48,981 nucleotides of DNA from Gemmatimonadaceae bacterium (GCA_051002815.1 JBPCLX010000251.1:1-48981); one strand, 5' to 3'. Shown: positions 7,284-16,838, counted from the first letter of the stretch. Notes: generated from the sequence alone by a model not told the origin. Made by a program: numbers and translations.

Positions 7284-8971
7284 GCGGACTGTTCGCAATG
7301 CCCTGGGCACTGCCACTCGCGCCATTGCTGGCGGTCGTCGCCGCGTTGCTCGTGCTGCGAGCGGCGCACTACCGCTCGCGCCGCATGGAGCGGATGGCGG
7401 AACCATCGATGCTCGACAGGATTGCGCCGGCGCGACGGAGCCCGCGGTGGCGCGCGTCGGTGCTCGGGATAGCGGCGGCGCTGGCCGCGCTCGCCTTCGC
7501 CGGACCACAGTGGGGGACCGAGCGCACCATCGTGAGAAGCGAAGGCGCCGACATAGTTCTCGCGCTCGACGCCTCGCTCTCGATGCTGGCCGAGGATGTG
7601 GATCCCAATCGCCTGACGAGAATGAAGCGCGAGGCCACGCAGCTGATCGCCAGCTCCGACGGCGACCGCTTCGGAATAATCGCGTTCGCCGGGCGCAGCT
7701 ACATCCTCACGCCGATGACCGTCGACCGGGGTGCCCTCGGCCTCTTTCTCGACAATCTCGATCCGAATGTGGTGGGGCAGGGGGGCAGTTCGCTCTCGCG
7801 CACGATCCGCCAGGGCGTGGAACTGCTGCTGTTGACCAAGGGTGGCGGCGACCGGGCGCTGATCGTCATGTCCGATGGGGAGGCGTTCGACGACGAGGAA
7901 GATCTGGTGGCGGCGGCGCGGCGTGCGCGCGAAGCTGGCGTAGCACTGGTGACGGTCGGCTACGGAACGCCCGATGGCGCGACCATTCCAGTGCCGGTCG
8001 GACGCGGAGTCGAGCTCAAACGCGATGAGAACAATCAGGTGGTCGTGACCCGATACAACGAGCAGTTGCTGCGAACGGCGGCGGAAGCCGCCGGCGGAAC
8101 TTTCGTCCCGGCGACGGCTACCGACAAGGCCGCGCGCATTCGTCAGGCGTTGGTGAATCTCGAGCGAGAACAGCGTCAGTCAGACGTTGGTCGGGAGCGC
8201 ACACAGCGTTATCAGCTCTTCCTGCTGCCCGCTCTGCTGCTGGTGCTGGTGGATACCTGGTTGGCGGAACGACGGATGCGCCGGCGTGGGTCCGTTCCGG
8301 CGATGGCGGCTGCCTCGGCCGCTGTGGCGCTCATTGTGATGCTTGCGCCCGCGGTGGCGATCGCCGCGCCTGACGATGCCCAACGCCACTACAGCGCTGG
8401 CCGGTACGCCGAAGCGGCCGCCGTTTGGCAAAGCGAGATCGCCAGCGGGGACACATCTGCCCGCACTTTCTACAACCTCGGCACGGCGCTCCTGAAAGCG
8501 AAGAAGCCCGATGAGGCGATCGAGGCGCTCGAACGCGCCGCCAGCGCCACCGATGAGGAGATTCGCTATCGCGCGCTGTTCAATCTCGGACTGCTCCATC
8601 TGGAGCGTGCACGAAGTGCCGAGGAGGAGGAAGCGGCGGCTCCGGACTACGCGGCGGCCAACGGGCTGTACCGGCGCGCGCTGCGCCTGCGACCTGGGGA
8701 GCTGGACGCCAAATGGAATTACGAGCTGACCCTGCGCGATCCTCCCGAGGGTGGCGGTGGCGGCGGCGGCGGGGGTGGCGGAGGGTCGGCCGAGCCGGAG
8801 GAGGGACAGGCGCAACCTGAACCGCAGCCACAGCCGCGAGCCGCCGGCGGTCTGGATCCTCGTCAGGCTGAACGGCTGCTGAACAGCGCGGCCCGCGAAG
8901 AACGGGATGTGCAGGGGCGCAAGCAGCAGCAGGCACGGGCCGAGCGTCCGCCCGTTGGCAAGGATTGGTAA
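7280..8971 (+). CDS. BatB-BatC fusion: vWA domain, TM, TPR repeats, and Gly12/acidic/basic tail
   Basis: vWA MIDAS IVLALDASLSM and MSDGEAF. TM FLLPALLLVLVDTWL. TPR-like YNLGTALLKAKKPDEAIEALERA. Start taken at ATG 7280 (ATGA overlap with batA); the tracked ORF begins at 7262. Confidence 0.8.
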   Translation: MSGLFAMPWALPLAPLLAVVAALLVLRAAHYRSRRMERMAEPSMLDRIAPARRSPRWRASVLGIAAALAALAFAGPQWGTERTIVRSEGADIVLALDASLSMLAEDVDPNRLTRMKREATQLIASSDGDRFGIIAFAGRSYILTPMTVDRGALGLFLDNLDPNVVGQGGSSLSRTIRQGVELLLLTKGGGDRALIVMSDGEAFDDEEDLVAAARRAREAGVALVTVGYGTPDGATIPVPVGRGVELKRDENNQVVVTRYNEQLLRTAAEAAGGTFVPATATDKAARIRQALVNLEREQRQSDVGRERTQRYQLFLLPALLLVLVDTWLAERRMRRRGSVPAMAAASAAVALIVMLAPAVAIAAPDDAQRHYSAGRYAEAAAVWQSEIASGDTSARTFYNLGTALLKAKKPDEAIEALERAASATDEEIRYRALFNLGLLHLERARSAEEEEAAAPDYAAANGLYRRALRLRPGELDAKWNYELTLRDPPEGGGGGGGGGGGGSAEPEEGQAQPEPQPQPRAAGGLDPRQAERLLNSAAREERDVQGRKQQQARAERPPVGKDW

Positions 8972-11391
8972 TGCTCGTCGCCGCTCTTCTGCTCGCGCAG
9001 CTCGGCATCGTGGCTTCGGCACCGGACACGGTTCCCATTGATGGATACGCCGAGGTGCACGTGCGCGTCACTGCGCGAGGTGCGCGGGCGCCGTCGGTCG
9101 CTTCACCGGCATTCCCGGCGTTTCTGGTTCTGCGCCAGCAGTCGGCCCAGCACCTGGAGCGCGACGCCGGCGGCGCGCAGATGGTTTCCGAGCTGCAATA
9201 CACGCTCGTTCCCACACGTGCCGGCACGTTCACGCTCCCAGCGTTCGTCGCACGGCTGGGACGCGAGGTCGCTCGATCGGCTGCAATGACGATTGTCGTC
9301 ACCGGGAATGCTCTAACGCCAGGCGGATTCGTCCCGGCCATAGTAAACCGGGCGCAGATCGACACTACCCGCTCCGTCACCTTCGAGGCGATGGCATTGC
9401 CGGAGACGGTTTACGTTGGAGAACAGACTACCTATCAACTGGCGGTATTCCTCGATGGCCGCGCTCGATCCCGCGTGCGCCGCCTCGAGGCGATCGCGCC
9501 GGAGATGCGAGGGCTGCTCGCGTACGATGCACCGGGCGGACTCGAAGAGTACGAACGCCGCGGCCCGGGACGGCGCACGTTCGAGGTGCACGTCTATCAG
9601 CGGCCTGTATTTGCCCTCGGTCCGGGCGAGATCACCATTCCGCCGGCGCGGCTCACGTACGCGGTGCCCGTTACGCCGTCGTTCTTCGCGCGCGAGGAGC
9701 ATCACGAAGCGCGTAGCCCCGCGGTAAGTATCGTGGCGATCGAGCCGCCGTTGGAGGGGCGGCCCCCTGAATACGATGGCGCGGTAGGCCAGCTTCGATT
9801 GTCGTCGCGCCTCGACTCCGCGGCGCGGGTGGGGGAGCCACTCACCCTCACCGTGACAGTCTCGGGCGAGGGGAACGTCAAGCTGCTTCCGGCACCGCGG
9901 ATAAGCGTTCCGTGGGCGAACGTGGTGCGATTCGACGATCGCGTCCGCCTGACGAGCGACATCCAGACGGTCCGCGGCATCAAGGAATTCGAGTACATAC
10001 TTACCCCGCAGCAGGATGGGCCGGTCATCATGCCCCCGCTGCGCTACGCGTATTGGGATCCGCAATCGGAAATTTACAAGGTGCTGGAGTCGGCGCCCGA
10101 GACGCTGATAGTTGCGCTAGGACGGCTCGCTCGCGCCGAGGCCGCCCAACAGCCCGGGACCCGCCTCCCGATACGAAGGGTGTTCCATGGCGCCCAGCCT
10201 TCACCATGGCATGCGCGGCTGCCCGTGTGGGCGCTCCTCGCGCTGCTTCCTGTTCCGGCGGTGGCAGTGATGCTTGCACGCCGTCCGCGACGCACTCGGC
10301 GGCGGCGGCCGGCGGCGATCCGGTTGCGGGCGATGCGCCGCGCTCCCGGCGAATGCGATCCGGCCGCGATTCGCGCCGTACTCGCCGAGGCGCTCGCCGA
10401 ACGAATGGGACTGGATCCGATCCGCCCGCGGGATCCGGAGGCATTGGCCCGAAGTGCCCGCCGCACCGGTGTCACGCCGGAAACGTCGAACCGTGTGCGG
10501 GAATTGCTGAGTGCCCTGGAATCGGCGGCGTTCGGTGGCCGGCCAGCCCCGCACCGCGCCGACGCTGCCGCCGCCGTGGCGTTGTATCAGGCTGTCGATG
10601 CCGAAGCGATGCCACGATACTCCCCATCGCGTCGTACCGGCGCCGGCTTCCTTGCCATCCTCATCGCCTCGGCCTGCCTGACGACAGGTGATGCGTTGTT
10701 CGCCAGGCTCCAGGCTCCCGCGGATGCGATGGCTGCACCGGCCGCACGCGCCGGTCAGGCATTCACCAACGGTGTGGATGCATACGAGATGGGCCAGTTC
10801 GCGCTGGCGGCGCGCTCGTTCTCGACTGCTGCCGAACTGGTGCCTCGGGCGCCCGATGCGTGGGCCAATTCGGGCACCGCGGCATGGGCGCAGGGCGATA
10901 CCGCGCGCGCGGTGGCAGGATGGCAGCGGGCGCTTCGGCTCGAGCCACGCGCCACCGACATGCGTGAACGGCTGGAGCTCACTCCGGCGGCGCATTCGGG
11001 AACGGAGATGAGCGTGCCACCGCTTACGCCGGATACGGTGCTTGCGCTTGGCGCGCTGCTCTGGATAATGGGCTGGACCGCCTTTGCCTATCGAGGGTGG
11101 CGGTTGCAGCGCGTATCGACGGCGTTTCCGATACTCGGCCTCGCCCTGCTCTCCTTCGCTGCCGTTGAGCCCCTCGATCGGTGGATCGGTGCGGAGGATC
11201 TGGCCGTCAGCGCTGGAGATTCGGCGCCCAGGGTCCGCCCGCTGCTGGGCGCGGACGCCGGACCGCGCCTTAGAACCGGGCAACTCGTGCGCGTGACTGA
11301 GCGCGACGGCGTCTGGCTGCGGGTAGAGGCGGGTGGAGGTCGGGGAGGATGGATTCCGGCGAACGCCGTGCTTCCGCTCGCGCGCGATTGA
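8971..11391 (+). CDS. BatD-BatE fusion: oxygen-tolerance (BatD) Ig-like repeats, TMs, TPR, and C-terminal SH3b
   Basis: BatD-type segments (GEPLTLTVTVSGEGNVKLLPAP). TPR AWANSGTAAWAQGDTARAVAGWQRALRLEP. C-terminal SH3-like GQLVRVTERDGVWLRVEAGGGRGGWIPANAVLPL. The ATG at 8971 overlaps the upstream TAA (TAATG). Confidence 0.75.
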   Translation: MLVAALLLAQLGIVASAPDTVPIDGYAEVHVRVTARGARAPSVASPAFPAFLVLRQQSAQHLERDAGGAQMVSELQYTLVPTRAGTFTLPAFVARLGREVARSAAMTIVVTGNALTPGGFVPAIVNRAQIDTTRSVTFEAMALPETVYVGEQTTYQLAVFLDGRARSRVRRLEAIAPEMRGLLAYDAPGGLEEYERRGPGRRTFEVHVYQRPVFALGPGEITIPPARLTYAVPVTPSFFAREEHHEARSPAVSIVAIEPPLEGRPPEYDGAVGQLRLSSRLDSAARVGEPLTLTVTVSGEGNVKLLPAPRISVPWANVVRFDDRVRLTSDIQTVRGIKEFEYILTPQQDGPVIMPPLRYAYWDPQSEIYKVLESAPETLIVALGRLARAEAAQQPGTRLPIRRVFHGAQPSPWHARLPVWALLALLPVPAVAVMLARRPRRTRRRRPAAIRLRAMRRAPGECDPAAIRAVLAEALAERMGLDPIRPRDPEALARSARRTGVTPETSNRVRELLSALESAAFGGRPAPHRADAAAAVALYQAVDAEAMPRYSPSRRTGAGFLAILIASACLTTGDALFARLQAPADAMAAPAARAGQAFTNGVDAYEMGQFALAARSFSTAAELVPRAPDAWANSGTAAWAQGDTARAVAGWQRALRLEPRATDMRERLELTPAAHSGTEMSVPPLTPDTVLALGALLWIMGWTAFAYRGWRLQRVSTAFPILGLALLSFAAVEPLDRWIGAEDLAVSAGDSAPRVRPLLGADAGPRLRTGQLVRVTERDGVWLRVEAGGGRGGWIPANAVLPLARD

Positions 11392-11422
11392 CGCTCGCGC
11401 GCTGGTCGGCCTAGCTTCCCGT

Positions 11423-13186
11423 ATGCCTCTCCCACCCTCCGCTGAAGCGGCGGTGTCGCGCATTGCCGTTCTCTCCAACGCCGTCATCGATCAGATCGCC
11501 GCCGGCGAAGTGATCGAGCGGCCGGCGTCTGTGGTGAAGGAGCTGCTGGAGAATGCGCTCGATGCGGGTGCGCGCAGTATCGAGATTGCTGCCGAGGACG
11601 GCGGTCGGACCCGGATCCGCGTAGCCGATGATGGAACGGGGATGAGCCGCGAGGAAGCAGAATTGGCGGTGCGCCGGCACGCGACCTCCAAGATCCGCGT
11701 GCTGGACGATCTCGTAGGAGTGGCGAGCTTCGGATTTCGGGGTGAGGCGCTGCCGGCGATAGCTTCGGTGTCCGAGCTCGAGCTCTCGACTGCGTTCGAG
11801 GACGGCGCGGGAACGCGGCTCCGTACGGCAGGGGGCGACGCGGTCGAGGTGAGCGAGGTTGCCCGCCGCCGAGGTACCACAGTCACCGTTTCGCGGCTTT
11901 TCTTCAATGTCGCGGCCCGACACCGCTTCCTGCGTTCCGCCCGTTCGGAGTGGCGGGCGATCTCCGAGCTGGTGACGAGCATTGCGCTCGTTAGGCGTGA
12001 TGTGCGCTTGTCGCTCGAGCACGATGGCCGGAGCGTGCTGGTAGTGCCGCCGGCGCCGGATCTGCGCGCAAGGGTCGGCGCTGTGTGGGGCGCCGCCTTC
12101 GCCGACCGATTGGTGCCGGTGGAGGATGTCGCCGGTCCGGTGCACGTGTCGGGACTGGTGGAGCGACCTGCCGATGTCGGTACCGGCAGCCGGCGTGTGC
12201 ATCTCACCGTGAACGGCCGTGCCATCCGTGACGCTGGACTGGCGCGTGCCGCTGAGACAGCCTATCGCTCGACGATCCCCGCCGGACTGCGGCCGTCCAT
12301 GGTGCTGAACGTGGTGCTGCCCGCCGATCAGGTGGACGTGAACGTACATCCGACCAAGGCCGAGGTTCGATTCAGGGACAGGTGGAACCTGGAACGGGCG
12401 ATCGAACGAGCGGTTCGCAAGGCGTTAGGTACGCCGGCCAGCGCGGCGACCGTCGCGCCGGGATCCTGGTTTTCCGCCGGAGGCGGCTTCTCGGCCGGCG
12501 CGCCACAATCTCTCGCCGATGCACTTCGTCCGTCGGCCGCGCCGGACGAACCAATGTTTGCTCCGGCGGGCGACGATCGCGGCGACGCCGGCGAGGCTCT
12601 GGACGAGGTACCGCTCGAGATTCCGCCGCTCCGGCAGTGGCGCCGCACCTACATCGCCTTCGAGCGGGATGACGGCGTGGTACTGATCGATCAGCACTCG
12701 GCGCACGAGCGGGTACTCTACGAGAAGTTCATCAACGCGATGGAATCGGGCTCGGCACCGGCGCAACGGCTCCTTTTTCCGCTCACGCTGCACGTGAGTC
12801 CGGCGGAATCCGAGGCGTTCGATGAGCACCGCGAGGCACTCGCGCTGATCGGCTTCGAGATCGAGGACTTTGGCGGTCATACGCTGCTGGTGCACGCCGT
12901 CCCCGTACCGCACCCCCGGTTCGACGCCGAGCGATGCCTGCGCGAAACGCTCGCTGCACTCGCCGGCGACCGCCTGCCCGCGGCGGCCGCGCGCCACGAG
13001 CACCTCGCCGCGACGTTAGGGTGCAAGGCGGCGGTCAAGGCCGGCGATCCGCTCTCCGAGGAGGAGATGCGCGCCCTGGTGCGCACGCTCGCCGAGACGA
13101 AATTGCCGGCGCACGATGTGCACGGCCGCGCCACGCTGGTGCACGTCGCGTGGGACGAGATCGAGCGACGCTTTGGCAGGCGCTAG
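11423..13186 (+). CDS. mutL: DNA mismatch repair protein MutL
   Basis: IDQIAAGEVIERPASVVKELLENALDAGA, DDGTGM and FGFRGEALPAIASVS GHKL motifs. The C-terminal dimerisation domain carries DQHSAHERVLYE. Start set at ATG 11423, because the longer ORF overlaps batD/E. Confidence 0.95.
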   Translation: MPLPPSAEAAVSRIAVLSNAVIDQIAAGEVIERPASVVKELLENALDAGARSIEIAAEDGGRTRIRVADDGTGMSREEAELAVRRHATSKIRVLDDLVGVASFGFRGEALPAIASVSELELSTAFEDGAGTRLRTAGGDAVEVSEVARRRGTTVTVSRLFFNVAARHRFLRSARSEWRAISELVTSIALVRRDVRLSLEHDGRSVLVVPPAPDLRARVGAVWGAAFADRLVPVEDVAGPVHVSGLVERPADVGTGSRRVHLTVNGRAIRDAGLARAAETAYRSTIPAGLRPSMVLNVVLPADQVDVNVHPTKAEVRFRDRWNLERAIERAVRKALGTPASAATVAPGSWFSAGGGFSAGAPQSLADALRPSAAPDEPMFAPAGDDRGDAGEALDEVPLEIPPLRQWRRTYIAFERDDGVVLIDQHSAHERVLYEKFINAMESGSAPAQRLLFPLTLHVSPAESEAFDEHREALALIGFEIEDFGGHTLLVHAVPVPHPRFDAERCLRETLAALAGDRLPAAAARHEHLAATLGCKAAVKAGDPLSEEEMRALVRTLAETKLPAHDVHGRATLVHVAWDEIERRFGRR

Positions 13187-14090
13187 ACTGCGCGTCATTA
13201 CCGGTCCGACAGCGTCAGGCAAGAGCGCGCTGGCGATGCGAATCGCCGGGGCCGTGCCACTGACCGTCATCAGCGCCGACTCCCGCCAGGTCTATCGGCG
13301 GTTCGACATAGGCACCGCCAAACCGCCGGCCGCTGACCGGGCGCGAGTACCGCATGCCGGTACGGACTTGATAGAGCCTGAGGAGCGATACTCGGCGGCG
13401 CGGTGGGCTGAGTCCGCGGTGAACTGGATCAGCGACGCCCGCACCGGGCGACGCGCACCGGTGATCGTCGGCGGAACAGGCTTCTATCTTCGCGCTCTCA
13501 CCAGCCCCCTCTTCGAGGAACCGTCGCTTGACCCCGATAGGCGGACGAGGTTGCTCGAACAGCTCGAACGGCTCGACACCACTGAGCTACGGCGCTGGTG
13601 TAGCGTCCTGGATCCCGCCCGGGCGGGCCTCGGACGCACGCAGCTCCTCCGCGCCGTGGAGATTGCCCTCCTCACCGGAGTGCCCATCTCGCGGCTCCAG
13701 CGGGAGGCATCGCGTCCACCATACGCTCGCGCGCGCTATCTTGTGGTCGATCCGGGCTCCTCTCTTTCGGAGTGGATCGAGCAGCGAATAGACACAATGC
13801 TCGCCGGCGACTGGGGTGGCGAAGTGGAGGCGCTCATGCACGCGGTACCTCCCGACGCCCCGGCATGGAAGGCCACCGGCTACGTGGCGGTGCGCGACTG
13901 GGTGAGCGGGCGCATCACGAGGGAGGCGGCGCGGACGCGGGTGATGGTGGAGACGCGGCAATATGCCAAGCGGCAGCGGACATGGTTCCGGCACCAGCTG
14001 GAGCACGATGCGGTGACCAGGCTCGATCCGAGGTCGCCTGACGCGATGGACGTGGTGTGGAAGTGGTGGAATCAATCGGACGACGCATGA
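13116..14090 (+). CDS. miaA: tRNA dimethylallyltransferase
   Basis: P-loop ITGPTASGKSALA, ISADSRQVYRRFDIGTAKP, and C-terminal YAKRQRTWFR. The start may instead be the TTG at 13173. Confidence 0.92.
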   Translation: MCTAAPRWCTSRGTRSSDALAGARLRVITGPTASGKSALAMRIAGAVPLTVISADSRQVYRRFDIGTAKPPAADRARVPHAGTDLIEPEERYSAARWAESAVNWISDARTGRRAPVIVGGTGFYLRALTSPLFEEPSLDPDRRTRLLEQLERLDTTELRRWCSVLDPARAGLGRTQLLRAVEIALLTGVPISRLQREASRPPYARARYLVVDPGSSLSEWIEQRIDTMLAGDWGGEVEALMHAVPPDAPAWKATGYVAVRDWVSGRITREAARTRVMVETRQYAKRQRTWFRHQLEHDAVTRLDPRSPDAMDVVWKWWNQSDDA

Positions 14091-15214
14091 GAATCGGCAT
14101 TACCTGCTACCCGACATATGGCGGTTCGGGCGCGGTGGCGACGGAGTTGGGCATCGCGTTGGCGCATCGCGGCCACGAGGTCCACTTCATCTCCTACGCG
14201 CAGCCGTTTCGCCTGCCCGCCTTCCTGCCAAGGGTTTTCTTTCACGAGGTGGAAGTCAACCGGTATCCGTTGTTCGAATATCCGCCTTACGATCTGGCGC
14301 TCGCCGTACGCATGCACGAGGTGGTGCTGTCGCACGGGTTGGAGCTGCTGCACGTGCATTACGCCATTCCGCACGCCACCAGCGCCTGGATTGCGCGAGA
14401 GATGTTGCGGGCGCAGGGGGGCGACATTCCGATCATCACCACGCTGCACGGCACCGATATAACGCTCGTCGGCCAGGATCCATCGTTTCACGCGATCACC
14501 AAATTTTCGATCGAACGGTCGGACTATCTGACTGCGGTCTCGAGCTACCTCAGGGATGAGACGTACCGTGCGTTCGGCTGCATGGGATGCGACCTGGAGG
14601 TCATCAACAATTTCGTGGATCCCGATGTCTACGACCGCGGGAAGTACGCACCGACGCTCCGTCGACAGGTGGCCGACGGCAAGAAGGTTCTCATGCACCT
14701 GTCGAACTTTCGCCCGGTCAAGCGGGTGCGCGACATCGTGCGAATCTTCGCCCGCGTGCGCGCCTCAATTCCCTCGGTGCTGGTGATGGTTGGCGACGGC
14801 CCCGACCGCGTCCATGCCGAGGAGGAAGCGCGGACGCTCGGAGTGGATCATGATACCCACTTTCTGGGCAAGCTCGACGCGGTCGCGCCTTTGCTCGCCA
14901 ACGCCGATTGCTTTCTCCTGCCTAGCGAGAGCGAATCGTTCGGCCTGAGCGCGCTGGAAGCGCTTGCCTGCGGTGTGCCGGTGGTCGCGTCGAACGTAGG
15001 GGGACTGCCGGAGGTGGTGCGCGACGGCGAGACCGGCGCGCTCCGGGCGCCCGGTGATGTGGAGGGCATGGCCGCTGCGGCGATCGCGCTGCTCGCTGAT
15101 CAGCCGCGTTGGCAGGCGATGAGCAACGCGGCCGCCGCCGATGCCCGCGCGCGCTTTGCCCTCGCCGATGTGGTAGCGCAGTACGAATCACTGTACGCGC
15201 GTGCCACCGCCTAG
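14087..15214 (+). CDS. bshA: N-acetyl-alpha-D-glucosaminyl L-malate synthase (GT4), first enzyme of bacillithiol synthesis
   Basis: [22 protein letters not shown]...GHEVHFIS...[21 protein letters not shown]...HVHYAIPHA...[12 protein letters not shown] closely follows the Bacillus BshA (YpjH) pattern as I recall it. ATGA overlap with miaA. Confidence 0.8.
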   Translation: MRIGITCYPTYGGSGAVATELGIALAHRGHEVHFISYAQPFRLPAFLPRVFFHEVEVNRYPLFEYPPYDLALAVRMHEVVLSHGLELLHVHYAIPHATSAWIAREMLRAQGGDIPIITTLHGTDITLVGQDPSFHAITKFSIERSDYLTAVSSYLRDETYRAFGCMGCDLEVINNFVDPDVYDRGKYAPTLRRQVADGKKVLMHLSNFRPVKRVRDIVRIFARVRASIPSVLVMVGDGPDRVHAEEEARTLGVDHDTHFLGKLDAVAPLLANADCFLLPSESESFGLSALEALACGVPVVASNVGGLPEVVRDGETGALRAPGDVEGMAAAAIALLADQPRWQAMSNAAAADARARFALADVVAQYESLYARATA

Positions 15215-16004
15215 CGCCTGGCTGGCGATCGGGCGGTGGCCTAACGCCGCGCTCGCAGCTGCTGGTGTGCTCGTCGGCGCCTGGTGGGCCCGAGCTCCCC
15301 TCGGCGAGAGCGTCGGGTGGGCGGCCCTTGCCGCCGTCGCCATCACCGTCGCCGCCAATGCCTGGAACGACATCGCCGACGTGGACATCGATCGTGTCGC
15401 GCACCCTGACCGGCCACTTCCGCGCGGAACGCTCACGCTGCGGCAGGCGCGAACCCTCGCCTGGGCCGCTGCCGGCGCCGCGCTTCCACTGTCGGTAGTC
15501 GCGCACCCGTGGCTGGGAGGCGTGACCGCGCTCGCGCTCGTACTGTCGCATGCCTACAGTGACCGATTCAAGCGAGCTGGCCTCGCCGGCAACGTGGTAG
15601 TCGCCGTCCTTGCATCGCTTCCCTTTCTCTACGGCGCATGGGCGGCAGGCCAACCCGCGCGCGGCGCGCTGCTCGTCGCGATAGCGGTTCCGCTGCACTT
15701 CGCACGCGAAGTGGCCAAGGATCTCGACGATGCCGAGGGCGACGCTCCGCACCGTCGCACGATCCCGCTCGCGGGCGGTGTGCCGCTTGCGCGCGCGGTG
15801 GTGGCGCTGGCTTCGGCGGCGTTTCTCGCGATGCTGGCCTGGCCCGCAGCACGCTCGCCGGCGTTCGCGCTGGCTCTCGTGCCGGCGATCGGATTTGCAC
15901 TCATCGCTACCGGCTCGGCGTTGCGAGGCCGGCGCGGCAGCCCGCGGTTGTTCAAGGCGGCCATGGTATGCGCGATGCTCGCCGTTATCGCCGCAAGACC
16001 GTGA
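15201..16004 (+). CDS. UbiA-superfamily aromatic/glycerol-phosphate prenyltransferase (DGGGPS-like, 267 aa)
   Basis: Asp-rich motif 1 NAWNDIADVDIDRVAHPDRPLPRG and motif 2 KDLDDAEGD...RRTIPL, with about 8 hydrophobic helices. The GTG start overlaps the bshA end by 14 nt. Confidence 0.75.
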   Translation: MPPPSAWLAIGRWPNAALAAAGVLVGAWWARAPLGESVGWAALAAVAITVAANAWNDIADVDIDRVAHPDRPLPRGTLTLRQARTLAWAAAGAALPLSVVAHPWLGGVTALALVLSHAYSDRFKRAGLAGNVVVAVLASLPFLYGAWAAGQPARGALLVAIAVPLHFAREVAKDLDDAEGDAPHRRTIPLAGGVPLARAVVALASAAFLAMLAWPAARSPAFALALVPAIGFALIATGSALRGRRGSPRLFKAAMVCAMLAVIAARP

Positions 16005-16034
16005 ATACGTTTCCACCGCCAATGTCCTAACGAC

Positions 16035-16838
16035 ATGTCGGTCTTTCAGGCGCTGGTGCTTGGCATCATTCAGGGGCTCGCCGAGTTTCTTCCAATCAGC
16101 AGCTCGGCCCATCTGGCGCTCACACCATGGCTGCTCGGATGGCCCGAGCCGGGGCTCGCATTCGACACGTCTCTGCATCTCGGCACGCTCGTCGCCGTCT
16201 TGTGGTATTTCCAGGAGGAGTGGCGCCGGCTGATCGGCAGCGCGTGGGAGATGATCCGAACTCGTCAGGTGACGACCGAGTCGCACCGTCGCGTAGTCTA
16301 CCTCATCGTCGCCACGATTCCTGGCGGCATCGCCGGGCTGCTGCTCGAGGATCTGGCGGAGACGGTCTTTCGTGCGCCCGTCATCACGGCAATCGCCCTG
16401 ATCGCGCTCGGTCTGCTCCTTTGGGTGGTTGACCGCTGGGCGGCAGACGACAGGCCGCTAGTTGCAATGCGTTGGCGGGATGCATTGCTGTTCGGACTGG
16501 CGCAGGTCGTAGCGCTGATTCCCGGTGTCTCGCGGTCAGGCGCGACGATGACGATGGGTCGCGGACTGCGTTTCTCACGCGAGGGCGCGGCTGTATTCAG
16601 CTTTCTGATGAGCATGCCGATCACCTTCGCCGCGGTAGCGGTCAAGCTTCCGGAGGCGATCAGGGAGCGGGAGAGTATCTGGCCACTCGCCGTCGGCGTG
16701 TTTGCCAGCGGCGTGAGTGGATGGATCGCGATCAGTGTGCTTCTGAAATTCGTGAGCCGGCACAGCTTTGGAGTGTTCGCCCTGTACCGGGTCGTACTCG
16801 GCGCATTCGTGCTGATCCTGCTGGCGCTACGCGCATGA
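16035..16838 (+). CDS. uppP: Undecaprenyl-diphosphate phosphatase
   Basis: MSVFQALVLGIIQGLAEFLPISSSAHL and PGVSRSGATM, the signature motifs of BacA/UppP. Confidence 0.95.
   Translation: MSVFQALVLGIIQGLAEFLPISSSAHLALTPWLLGWPEPGLAFDTSLHLGTLVAVLWYFQEEWRRLIGSAWEMIRTRQVTTESHRRVVYLIVATIPGGIAGLLLEDLAETVFRAPVITAIALIALGLLLWVVDRWAADDRPLVAMRWRDALLFGLAQVVALIPGVSRSGATMTMGRGLRFSREGAAVFSFLMSMPITFAAVAVKLPEAIRERESIWPLAVGVFASGVSGWIAISVLLKFVSRHSFGVFALYRVVLGAFVLILLALRA

Noticed and set aside
14922-16286. 454-aa minus-strand ORF spanning the bshA end, the UbiA gene and the uppP start
   Set aside because: It is antisense to three motif-supported genes and Arg-rich with low complexity. It is a shadow ORF.
16472-16834. 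5' extensions of the birA (from 16472) and coaX (from 17260) ORFs
   Set aside because: The extensions lie inside uppP and birA respectively. The canonical N-termini (MSESARYD..., MILTIDVGNT...) begin at ATGs that form ATGA overlaps with the upstream stops.
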